From the IMG/VR virus record IMGVR_UViG_3300032226_000477, positions 1 to 28,563 of that record: a DNA stretch of 28,563 bases; one strand, written 5' to 3'. This document shows, piece by piece, positions 1 to 8,004 of this stretch (position 1 is the first letter of the stretch; every line of letters begins with the position of its first letter). This DNA is from a virus. Its lineage: Duplodnaviria > Caudoviricetes. The notes beneath the pieces are model-generated. The model saw only the letters and a program-made list of their open reading frames with translations. It did no database searches and was not told the DNA's origin. The position numbers and the translations under genes are program-made.

Positions 1-88
1 GATTGATTCTATCCGCACACACTGTCTACTTAGCCGCAATGCAGCCTTGCTATTTTGTAAATGCGATTCCTGAGACATAAATAACAAT

Positions 89-242
89 TTTGCAACCTCA
101 CGCAAATTTCACTCCAAATCAGTGAGTCTCATAAGATTGAAAAAACGATTAAAACGCTAGATTTTTGCTTAATTTCCCAGACTGCGCTCCACCACTGCCC
201 CAAGTCGCCTTAAATGATAAATTTGCAACCTTTTTGCAACCT
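89..242 (+). repeat. Three copies of TTTGCAACCT (89-98, 222-231, 233-242) in the AT-rich region upstream of terS; candidate cos/terminase-binding or operator sites
   Basis: Exact 10-mers read from the sequence; the last two are 11 bp apart. The function is inferred from lambda cosB lying just upstream of nu1. Confidence 0.5.
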
Positions 243-251
243 ACCTATAAT
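223..251 (+). promoter_or_regulatory. Sigma70-type promoter for the packaging genes
   Basis: TTGCAA (223-228), 17-nt spacer, TATAAT (246-251), 23 nt upstream of the terS GTG. Confidence 0.7.
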
Positions 252-274
252 CGCCCTAATGCGCCCCTTTAAGT

Positions 275-865
275 GTGGCTTTAATCTCCAAGGGTGAGGC
301 CGCCAAGCGCCTTGGCCGCGATCCAGCCAAAATCACCAAACTGATCAAAGATGGAAAATTGCGCACGTATAAGCCCATAGGCCAGCGCGAGCAAGTTGAC
401 GAAGACGACATTGAGGCAATACGAATTGACCTAAAACTTGGCGAAAAATTTACGCCAAACACAATGCGCCCAATTGAACCAGATAATCCAGGCGCGGAGC
501 GCGATGCGCGATCTACTGTGCCAGCAAATAAAAAAAGGATTGCCGATCTAACCGAAGAAGACTTAAATCTATTTGATAGCAAAGGAAAGCTAGACGCAGT
601 AGCCTGCCGCGCATGGGGCGAGTTTGAGAAATCACGCAAACTTCAGGTCGAACGCCTAGCCCTGGAGGGCGAGTACGTGCTTGCCGCCGAAGTCGGGCCA
701 CGATTTGAACGCGCGATGCTCACGATTCAAAAAGGCGTGCTTGCAACGCCAAGTAGACTAAAAGCGCTACAACCCGATCTGTCACAAGCGGTTCTTGGCT
801 CCCTTGACACGCTGCTACGCGAGGCGCTAGAAAGAGCTGTGGATGATTCAATCAATGCCAATTAG
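275..865 (+). CDS. terS: Terminase small subunit (N-terminal HTH, Nu1-like helical C-terminus)
   Basis: N-terminal HTH LISKGEAAKRLGRDPAKITKLIKDGKL; helical C-terminus ending LLREALE; overlaps the start of terL. Confidence 0.8.
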   Translation: MALISKGEAAKRLGRDPAKITKLIKDGKLRTYKPIGQREQVDEDDIEAIRIDLKLGEKFTPNTMRPIEPDNPGAERDARSTVPANKKRIADLTEEDLNLFDSKGKLDAVACRAWGEFEKSRKLQVERLALEGEYVLAAEVGPRFERAMLTIQKGVLATPSRLKALQPDLSQAVLGSLDTLLREALERAVDDSINAN

Positions 866-2792
866 AAGCGTTGACGATTTATTGCGGCAATCAATTCAGC
901 CGCTAAAACCAAAAGAAAAGCTATCGCGCAGCGACTGGGCCGAACGTCATTTTCAGGTAACTAAAGGTAGCAGCACTGGCAAATGGAAAACAAGGCCATA
1001 CCAAAGGGAAATTCTTGACGCATGGGACGACCCAAGGATATGGCGCACCTCGGTAATGAAATCATCGCGGGTTGGTGCCACCACCTTGCTAAACATTGAC
1101 GAGTGCTATTCAATTCACTGGGAGCCATGCGATACATGCACCGTGCAGCCGACTACTGGCGATGCCGAAAAATACAGCAGAGACACATTTGACTCCTTAA
1201 TTGAAAACGTAGACGCACTAACAGAGCTATTTTCAAAATGCAAGCACCGCGACGGCACAAACTCAATCCTCGAAAAATACATCAACGGCGCATCGCTAAA
1301 GTTTATTGGCGCCAATAGTCCTAACGGTTTTCGTCGTGTCACCTATCGCATTGTCCGAGCCGATGAAACCAGCGCTTACAAAGCTGGCGGCGCAGGCAAG
1401 GAAGGCGATCAAATCGAGCTACTACTAAACAGAACGATTGACTACCACGATCGACTATTTATTGATTGCAGCACGCCAACGATTGAAGGATTTGATCGCA
1501 TTGAAGATGCGTTCAAATTAGGAGATCAGCGTCATCGCTACCTTCCGTGTCCGCATTGCGGTTGGTACCAAACGCTTTCCGCTGCAGCATTCACCCCAGG
1601 CGCGGACAAAAGCAAGCCGGGTGGTTTTTGGTGGGAACCCGGTAAACCAACAAGCGTAGTTTACATTTGCGAGAGTTGCGATAACCCAATTCAGCATAGC
1701 CAAAAATTTGAAATGGATCTACACGGCGAATGGCGCCCAAGCGCACCGCCGAACATTGACCCAAACGGCAGGGAACACCGCAGCTATCACATCTGGGCGG
1801 GCATATCTTATCAAGCTAACGCAAGCTGGGCTAACATTGTTGCCGAACACGAAAAAAATCAAAACCAACCCGAGAAGGTCCAAGTGTTTATTAACACTTG
1901 GCTTGGTTTGCCCTACCGCGAAGATGCGTCAACACGCTTAGCCGCCGAAGGTTTAATGTCAAGGCGGGATAGCTACGCGAGCGGAGAAGTACCCGATGGT
2001 GTGCTAATGATCTGTATTGGCGTTGATATGCAAGACGATCGTGCGGAAGTTTTTGTTTGGGGATTTGGCCCAGGCAGCTCACCAGACCAAGCGACCGCCG
2101 AGCCGGAAAGGTGGTTAATCAAGCATGACGTAATTAGCTGCAGATACGACACCGCGGAAGTCTACAAACAACTTGACACCTATCTTTTTGATAGCTACTC
2201 CTTAAGTAATGGCTATGGGCTTAAGCCCGCTGTCATGGCAGTTGACTCCGGCGACGGCGAGCACTCTTCGTATGTCTACGAATACGCAAACAACCGCGCC
2301 AATCAAGGCGTCATCGCGACAAAGGGTATGGATCAAATAGGTAAACCGGCAATTAACAACGGAAAGCGCACTCAGTATGATTACAAGGGGCGCCCAAGCA
2401 AAACAAGCGCCCTAGTGTTCCAGGTTGGCACTGACCTTGTTAAAACAATCCTGATGGCACAGCTCAAGCATGGCCTGACATCTGGCGCTGGTGCAATTCA
2501 TTTTCCAAGAGACACAAGTAAAGAGTTTTTTGAGCAACTTGTTTCCGAGCGCCGTCATCACAAAATTGAAAACGGCCAACCCAAAGCGACATGGGTGCGG
2601 AAGCCGGGCATCAAGGCCGAAGCCCTTGACGGAACTGTTTACGCTTATGCAGCATTTCATCACGCAAAGAAAAAATACAATCCCAAAACAATGTGGGCGC
2701 AGCTTGCCGAAGACGCCGCCAGCGGCGGTAAACCTAGGCCAGAAGCATCCCCAGTGGCTTTCAACCTGCTGGAAGGGCAGCAGGTTTATTAG
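843..2792 (+). CDS. terL: Terminase large subunit, lambda gpA family (alternative start ATG 855)
   Basis: Walker A-like VMKSSRVGAT, Walker B IVRADE, STPT motif, CPHCG...CESC, nuclease motifs IGVDMQ and EALDGTVYAYAA. Confidence 0.95.
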   Translation: MIQSMPIRSVDDLLRQSIQPLKPKEKLSRSDWAERHFQVTKGSSTGKWKTRPYQREILDAWDDPRIWRTSVMKSSRVGATTLLNIDECYSIHWEPCDTCTVQPTTGDAEKYSRDTFDSLIENVDALTELFSKCKHRDGTNSILEKYINGASLKFIGANSPNGFRRVTYRIVRADETSAYKAGGAGKEGDQIELLLNRTIDYHDRLFIDCSTPTIEGFDRIEDAFKLGDQRHRYLPCPHCGWYQTLSAAAFTPGADKSKPGGFWWEPGKPTSVVYICESCDNPIQHSQKFEMDLHGEWRPSAPPNIDPNGREHRSYHIWAGISYQANASWANIVAEHEKNQNQPEKVQVFINTWLGLPYREDASTRLAAEGLMSRRDSYASGEVPDGVLMICIGVDMQDDRAEVFVWGFGPGSSPDQATAEPERWLIKHDVISCRYDTAEVYKQLDTYLFDSYSLSNGYGLKPAVMAVDSGDGEHSSYVYEYANNRANQGVIATKGMDQIGKPAINNGKRTQYDYKGRPSKTSALVFQVGTDLVKTILMAQLKHGLTSGAGAIHFPRDTSKEFFEQLVSERRHHKIENGQPKATWVRKPGIKAEALDGTVYAYAAFHHAKKKYNPKTMWAQLAEDAASGGKPRPEASPVAFNLLEGQQVY

Positions 2793-2796
2793 GGGG

Positions 2797-2825
2797 TTGC
2801 GTTCGGGCGGACAGGGGTGTAGGAT
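2797..2825 (+). promoter_or_regulatory. Sigma70-type promoter for the intergenic non-coding RNA
   Basis: TTGCGT (2797-2802), 17-nt spacer, TAGGAT (2820-2825), right after the terL stop; predicted TSS near 2832. Confidence 0.6.
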
Positions 2826-2831
2826 GGGCGC

Positions 2832-3100
2832 AATCCAACGTCGAGCAAAGTAGCGGAACACCGCCAAACGCCGTCTAGGATTTTCGGGAAAGGGAGTTTC
2901 GGCTTCCGAGTACCCTTGAAAGCGCGTGGGCTCCCCGGATACCTTGACATTGGGAGCATCTAGCCCCTCACAACACGCCTGACGACGGCGTAAGCCAGAA
3001 ACCGCTTTTAAGCGGTCGCGTGGAGCTTCCCAAGAGGGGGAATAACTGGAAGCCTAGGGGTATCACACAAAGCCTCCGATTCATCGGGGGCTTTGTGCTA
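2832..3100 (+). ncRNA. Putative ~270-nt structured non-coding RNA containing a hammerhead ribozyme
   Basis: No ATG on + between predicted TSS and terminator. Helices: GCGG/CCGC 2853-2864; GGGAGU-UUCG-GCUUCC 2892-2907 with GAA/AGUA E-loop; GCUCCC/GGGAGC 2930-2957; hammerhead; GCUUCC/GGAAGC 3025-3053. Confidence 0.7.
2967..3025 (+). ncRNA. Type I hammerhead ribozyme, predicted cleavage 3' of C3017 (GUC)
   Basis: Stem I CACGC 2974-2978/GCGUG 3018-3022 (extended by CUC/GAG after an ACAA bulge); core CUGACGA 2979-2985; stem II GGC-GUAA-GCC 2987-2996; GAAA 2998-3001; stem III ACCGCU-UUUA-AGCGGU 3001-3016; C3017. Confidence 0.85.
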
Positions 3101-3102
3101 TT
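3066..3102 (+). terminator. Intrinsic terminator-like hairpin closing the ncRNA unit
   Basis: CACAAAGCCTCCGAT (3066-3080) is complementary to ATCGGGGGCTTTGTG (3083-3097) with one G-U; the U-rich tail is imperfect. Confidence 0.7.
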
Positions 3103-3138
3103 CACCTAGACTAGAATCACCCCACAAGCACGGCACCA

Positions 3139-3702
3139 GTGAGCACGATCCCGTCCCAATTTAGAGCGGGGGATTTTGTTTCCTGGGTTGAAGATGAAGC
3201 CCCGGCGGGGACAACGGCTATCCGCGCCTACCTGCGGACCAATGCGGCCTCAGGGGCGGTCCTAGACGCGACGGCAAACGGCAACGACTGGGCCTTCAGG
3301 GTTTCCGCTGCCACCTCAGCCACCTTGACCGCCGGGACCTACCTGGCGCAGTTTGTGGCGATCGTGGCGACCAACCCGGTCAGCTACCGCGAGGCACGGT
3401 TCACAGTGCTGCCAAGCCTAGCCTTCACTGGCAGTCCAACTGCGATTGAGACAAGAAGTAAGCTAAAGATTCGATACGATGAAATACAGGAAGCAATTCG
3501 GATAGTAACGACCAGCGCTCAAGAATATCAAATTGGCGTTGGTGGTGGTGGTCGCAAAGTTCGCCGCGCTGATTTGCCAGAGCTAAGAAAAGAACGCGAT
3601 GAAATACGCGCTCAATTAACAGCAGAAGAACGCGCCTCGGACCTCGCTAATGGCAGAGGCGATCCCGACGCTCTCTACACTAGGTTCACACCAAGTTATT
3701 GA
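3139..3702 (+). CDS. Head completion / head-tail joining protein, gpW-like C-terminus with extra N-terminal domain
   Basis: Between terL and portal; C-terminal EYQIGVGGGGRKVRRADLPELRKERDEIRAQL resembles gpW. Confidence 0.7.
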   Translation: MSTIPSQFRAGDFVSWVEDEAPAGTTAIRAYLRTNAASGAVLDATANGNDWAFRVSAATSATLTAGTYLAQFVAIVATNPVSYREARFTVLPSLAFTGSPTAIETRSKLKIRYDEIQEAIRIVTTSAQEYQIGVGGGGRKVRRADLPELRKERDEIRAQLTAEERASDLANGRGDPDALYTRFTPSY

Positions 3703-3703
3703 T

Positions 3704-5206
3704 ATGGGACTCCGCATCTGGGTACAGGGTCAGATCAAGCAGATGCTTGGCATTCCCCAAGCAAAGTTTGAAGCAGCTAGATCCGGTAGGCTTAGCGAAG
3801 ACTTTTTTCGCCCGCACACTAGCGCCAATGCTGAGATTCGGTTTGACCTGCAAACGCTACGAAACTCGGCGCGAGCCCTGTCGCGTGACAATCCGCTGGT
3901 ACGCGGGATTAAGCGCACGTTTCGCGTTAACGTAATTGGTTCGCGCGGTATTCAGTACAGGCCGCAAGTCAAGTTGCTGTCTGGCGAGGGCTTGGATGAG
4001 CGCCGCAATGCAATCTTGACCGAGGAATACAAGAAATGGTGCCGTCAAGATTGCTGTGACGTAACCGGAAGAAATAGCATGTTGGATTTTCAGCTGCACA
4101 TTCCCTCCGCGTTAATTGATTCAGGCGAACTGTTTTTTAGGATTCATCGCGGAACCAAGTTTGGACGTAGTACAGTGCCGTTGGCGCTGGAAATGATTGA
4201 AGCGGATCAAGTTGACGTTGAATATAATTTTCTTTCTGATCGCCCAGGTCATAGGTGGATCATGGGAATTGAAGTAAACGAATGGAATCGTCCAACTCGT
4301 TACGCGATCCTAACCCAGCACCCCGGCGACCGCGAATTACGCAATCCAAACGTAAGCGTAAAACACGTTCTTGTTTCCGCCGCTGACATTATTCACGTTT
4401 ACGGCATTGAGGAGCGTGTTAATCAAATGCGTTGCGAGCCATTGTTGACGCCAGTTGTAATTACAGCTCACAACTTACGCGAATACCAAAAGTCTCACCT
4501 TGTCAAAAAACGGGCACAGTCCAATCAATTGGGATGGATTCAAAGTCCCGAAGGATTTCAAGGAGACAAGATAGTTGACGACAAACGCACTGTAGCTTCA
4601 GAAGCTGGCCAATGGCGCCGTTTAAACCCCGGCGAAATTCCGGTCCCGCCTGATTACGGCCCCGAGGATACGGTCTATCCCGATGTTGTAAAAGATTCAC
4701 TCCGCACAATGGCGGTAGGAACGGGCAGTAATTACAGCACCGTATCTGGCGATTTTTCTGAAGGCAGTTACGCTTCCTTGCGGATTTCAGTGTTCGAAAA
4801 CCGTGACTACTGGAAAATGCTGCACACCGCTGTTGAGGAACAATTTTGTCAGCGCATTAACGAGGAATGGCTATATGCTGCCGTAATGTCTGGCACTTTA
4901 CCATCGCCTACGTTTGACGATTATTGGTTTAGACCCGATCGCTACACTAATCCCAAGTGGCAACCGCGCTCCTGGGGGCTGCTTGACACTTCAAAAGACA
5001 TTCAAGCATACAAACATGCCCGCGAGTTGCAGCTTGAAACGCACAGCGAGCAAATTAGCAACTACAGCGGCGGAGATTTTACCCGCACTATTGACGAGAT
5101 TGAGTTTGAAAACAAATACAAAGATAACAAAAGCCTTCTTAGCGCAATTGACGATCCAGCGAAAGCGCTAGAAGCCAGGCGACCCGTGCCATCAAAACCT
5201 GCTTAG
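3704..5206 (+). CDS. Portal protein, lambda family (start reassigned from 3650 to ATG 3704)
   Basis: FEAA...LRNSARALSRDNP, LEMIEADQ, GIEVNEWNRPTRY, DIIHVY, GDFSEGSYASLR. ATG 3704 lies 1 nt after the upstream stop. Confidence 0.93.
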   Translation: MGLRIWVQGQIKQMLGIPQAKFEAARSGRLSEDFFRPHTSANAEIRFDLQTLRNSARALSRDNPLVRGIKRTFRVNVIGSRGIQYRPQVKLLSGEGLDERRNAILTEEYKKWCRQDCCDVTGRNSMLDFQLHIPSALIDSGELFFRIHRGTKFGRSTVPLALEMIEADQVDVEYNFLSDRPGHRWIMGIEVNEWNRPTRYAILTQHPGDRELRNPNVSVKHVLVSAADIIHVYGIEERVNQMRCEPLLTPVVITAHNLREYQKSHLVKKRAQSNQLGWIQSPEGFQGDKIVDDKRTVASEAGQWRRLNPGEIPVPPDYGPEDTVYPDVVKDSLRTMAVGTGSNYSTVSGDFSEGSYASLRISVFENRDYWKMLHTAVEEQFCQRINEEWLYAAVMSGTLPSPTFDDYWFRPDRYTNPKWQPRSWGLLDTSKDIQAYKHARELQLETHSEQISNYSGGDFTRTIDEIEFENKYKDNKSLLSAIDDPAKALEARRPVPSKPA

Positions 5207-5236
5207 CCTTTGCGCTGAGTATGAGTATTCCTAGAG

Positions 5237-7378
5237 ATGCCCTCGCGCACCGTGCCCCAAGCTGGCGTCCAACTTGAGCCAATGAATGACGGTGATGCCA
5301 GCGCATCTATCGGCATTTTTGGTGACATCGGTTGGGATGTGACCGCCGAAGATGTAGCCGCCGCTGTTGCGCAGGCAAAGGGTAAACCATTAAATGTTGA
5401 CATCTTTAGCTACGGCGGAGATGCCCTACAGGCTCTTGCAATTTATCAAATTCTTTCGGCGCATGATGCCGAAGTAACGACCAACGTGCTTGGCGTAGCC
5501 GCATCCGGTGGCAGCGTCATTGCAATGGCTGGTAAATATCGCAAGGTTGCCGTCAACGCTGCTTTGATGATTCATAATCCCTGGACAATGACAATTGGCG
5601 ATGCAACTGAGCATCGCAAACAAGCCAATATGCTTGACGGCCTTCAATCCGCGTATCTATACACATACTCCAGCGCAACAGGCATTCCAACCGCCGCCAT
5701 TCAACCCTACCTAACGGAAGAACGTTGGATGTTCGGCGAAGAAGCAATGGCCCTTGGCTTTGCAACCGAAGCCCCCGAGCCCATCAAAGCCTTTGCCAGC
5801 ATTGCACCCCCGCCCGCCGATCGTTTCCACCAAATTCCCGCCGACCTAAAAGCCATGGCGGGCATCAGCGCGGAAGTCTCGGTTGAAATCACCGATCCAA
5901 CCGATCCAACCGATTCCCCCGAAGACCCTGAACCTGAGGTTAGCGGGCCACCCAATGCCGTGCTTGAGCCTATGGCGAAAACGGCAGATCCCACCCCATC
6001 GACTATGACTAGCCTTAGCAGTGAACAGCCTACCCCACAAGCCGCCACTCTCCCGATGACCGTTGAAACCACCCAAGCGGATGCGGCGCTCGCGGAGCGC
6101 GAGCGCATCCAGTCCATTCAAGGAATGGTCGCCACAAAGGGCCTTCCCGACGAGTTTGCCCTTGAATTAGTCAACAGCGGAAAGTCCGTAGCTGAAGCCC
6201 GTCATGCCGTTCTTGATCGACTGCCTGGCGTAACCCGCCACTCCACTGAACGCGGAGCCGTAGCCAGTCTCACCGCAAGCGGTATTGATCTTTCCGAAAA
6301 AGATTGCAAGGCTTACAGTCTTCAAAACGTTTTCCGGCATCTAGCCGAGCCCACTAATGCAGCCTATCGCGACGCGATCGGCTTTGAGATGGAGCTGCAT
6401 CAAGAGCTTCAAAAACGTCACGCCCGGTCCGCTGCTGGCGTCCTTGTCCCCCACAACATTTTTGCCGTCAACGCTCGTCCGCCTGGTTTCCGCCCGCAAG
6501 CCGTTCAGCGCACGGACAATTTTAGCGCTGGTGGGGCTCTTGTGTCAACCGATCGCCTTGATGGTCAATTCGTAGACCTTCTGCGCAATATGTCGGCCTT
6601 TATGAGGACTGGAATTACCGTCCTTAATGGCCTTTCTGGAAACGTTGAGATTTCCAAGCAGACTGGCCCTAGTACCACTTTCTGGGTAGGCGAAGGCGGC
6701 GATGTCACCGAAAGCGACCTCTCTTATGGCCTGGTGAATATGTCGCCCAAAACCTTGGGCGCTCGGGTTGCCATTTCGCGTCGAGCCTTGATTCAAACAA
6801 GTCCCGACATCGAAAACCTCAACCGCAATGACCTGCTCAAGCAAATTGGCTTGGGCATTGACAAGGCGATTGGCTACGGCACCGGATCTTCGTCTCAACC
6901 GCTAGGTCTTAAGAATATGACCGCACTTGGCGGTGTCACGTTCTCTGGCGGCAAAACTGCAACATTCAACACTCTGCAGGGCGGCGGAACCGGAAATTGC
7001 GGCACTTGGGAGCAGTGGGTGCTACTTGAAACCGAGTTGTCCAGCGCCAACGTCGATGCCAGCACAATGGCTTACATCTTCAACGGAGCAATGCGCGGCG
7101 GGCTTAAGACCACGCTTCGTGATTCCGTAGCTGGCGCTGAATACATCTTTACCGACGACAAAACCGTAAACGGTTATGGCACTATCGTCAGTAACCAGAT
7201 TCAGTCAAATGACGCCTTCTTTGGGGATTGGCCCGAGGCCCTTCTTGGCTTCTGGTCTGGCGTTGATCTCGTCGTAGACCCCTACACTCGCTCCAGTCGC
7301 GGAGAAGTTGTCTATACCGCATTCCAGGACACCGACTTTGGTGTTCGGCGTCCCGAAGCGTTCGTGATTGGTAGCTGA
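5237..7378 (+). CDS. ClpP-type (S14) prohead protease fused to major capsid protein (HK97 fold)
   Basis: N-terminal GVAASGGSVIAMAG...LMIHNPW; acidic Pro-rich linker; scaffold-like AERERIQSI; capsid motifs WVGEG, PKTLGARVAISRR, FGDW, VDPYT, DFGVRRPEAF. Confidence 0.92.
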   Translation: MPSRTVPQAGVQLEPMNDGDASASIGIFGDIGWDVTAEDVAAAVAQAKGKPLNVDIFSYGGDALQALAIYQILSAHDAEVTTNVLGVAASGGSVIAMAGKYRKVAVNAALMIHNPWTMTIGDATEHRKQANMLDGLQSAYLYTYSSATGIPTAAIQPYLTEERWMFGEEAMALGFATEAPEPIKAFASIAPPPADRFHQIPADLKAMAGISAEVSVEITDPTDPTDSPEDPEPEVSGPPNAVLEPMAKTADPTPSTMTSLSSEQPTPQAATLPMTVETTQADAALAERERIQSIQGMVATKGLPDEFALELVNSGKSVAEARHAVLDRLPGVTRHSTERGAVASLTASGIDLSEKDCKAYSLQNVFRHLAEPTNAAYRDAIGFEMELHQELQKRHARSAAGVLVPHNIFAVNARPPGFRPQAVQRTDNFSAGGALVSTDRLDGQFVDLLRNMSAFMRTGITVLNGLSGNVEISKQTGPSTTFWVGEGGDVTESDLSYGLVNMSPKTLGARVAISRRALIQTSPDIENLNRNDLLKQIGLGIDKAIGYGTGSSSQPLGLKNMTALGGVTFSGGKTATFNTLQGGGTGNCGTWEQWVLLETELSSANVDASTMAYIFNGAMRGGLKTTLRDSVAGAEYIFTDDKTVNGYGTIVSNQIQSNDAFFGDWPEALLGFWSGVDLVVDPYTRSSRGEVVYTAFQDTDFGVRRPEAFVIGS

Positions 7379-7380
7379 TC

Positions 7381-7614
7381 ATGCAAGAAGTAAAAATCAC
7401 TAACCCGACATGGGTTGGTGGCGAAATGAAACAGGCTGGCGACATTTTGCTTGTGTCAGACAACGACGCAAAAGAGTTGTTCCGCATTGGCCGTGCTCAG
7501 CCATCACCACTGCCACAGGAGGAGGCGCAGCCCATTGCGCCCCCACCCGCAACCGAGCCACCTGTTCACCCACCCGGCCATAGCGCCAAACGCCCCCCCG
7601 CCCCCCCCAAGTAA
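7381..7614 (+). CDS. Small capsid-associated protein with Pro-rich tail
   Basis: Directly after the capsid gene; AGDILLVSDNDAKELFRIGRA pattern typical of small post-capsid genes. Confidence 0.7.
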   Translation: MQEVKITNPTWVGGEMKQAGDILLVSDNDAKELFRIGRAQPSPLPQEEAQPIAPPPATEPPVHPPGHSAKRPPAPPK

Positions 7615-8004
7615 ATGGCCATCCAACCCCGCAACCTTGAAGTTCTCCAGCATTTTCCACTGGCCCCCACTGAAGTCAGGAGCACTACGTTTACCGGCGC
7701 AACGGCCAATGTCGCTAACCTTCGGGCTCTTGACGGTGACATTCAAATCATGCTGGACTCCAGTATCGTAACCGGCGCTGGCAGCATTACTTGCGCAATT
7801 CAGCACTCCGCTGACGGCACCACTAGCTTTGAAGCCGTAACCGGCGGCGCGTTTACTGCTGTTACTTCGGCAGCCGCTTCTAAGCAAATCCTTACGCTTA
7901 GCAAAGACGACATCAGGCAATACATTCGCGTTGTCGGTACTGTTTCTGGCACTGCCTCCGCCGCTTACAGCGTCAACGGCTACGGTGTTGCTAAGTATCA
8001 GTGA
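7615..8004 (+). CDS. Putative capsid decoration/cement protein (beta-sandwich)
   Basis: Tightly coupled ORF; IQHSADG...F...YIRV pattern; function inferred from position. Confidence 0.6.
   Translation: MAIQPRNLEVLQHFPLAPTEVRSTTFTGATANVANLRALDGDIQIMLDSSIVTGAGSITCAIQHSADGTTSFEAVTGGAFTAVTSAAASKQILTLSKDDIRQYIRVVGTVSGTASAAYSVNGYGVAKYQ

Noticed and set aside
2868-2930. Hairpin ribozyme at C-GUC (2872-2875), or a second hammerhead on the - strand
   Set aside because: No AGAA loop A partner or loop B consensus. GTTTCGG at 2896 has no matching TCNTCAG, so a viroid-like ambisense pair is not supported.
2832-3100. tRNA, tmRNA, RNase P RNA, group I/II intron or CRISPR array as the identity of the intergenic RNA
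   Set aside because: No cloverleaf or T-loop, no RNase P GAGGAAAGUCC, no recognisable intron core, and no regular identical repeats.
7591-7617. C7-G-C8 tract and in-frame TAA-ATG junction as phase variation or readthrough
   Set aside because: Explained by Pro codons at the extreme C-terminus; there is no other support.
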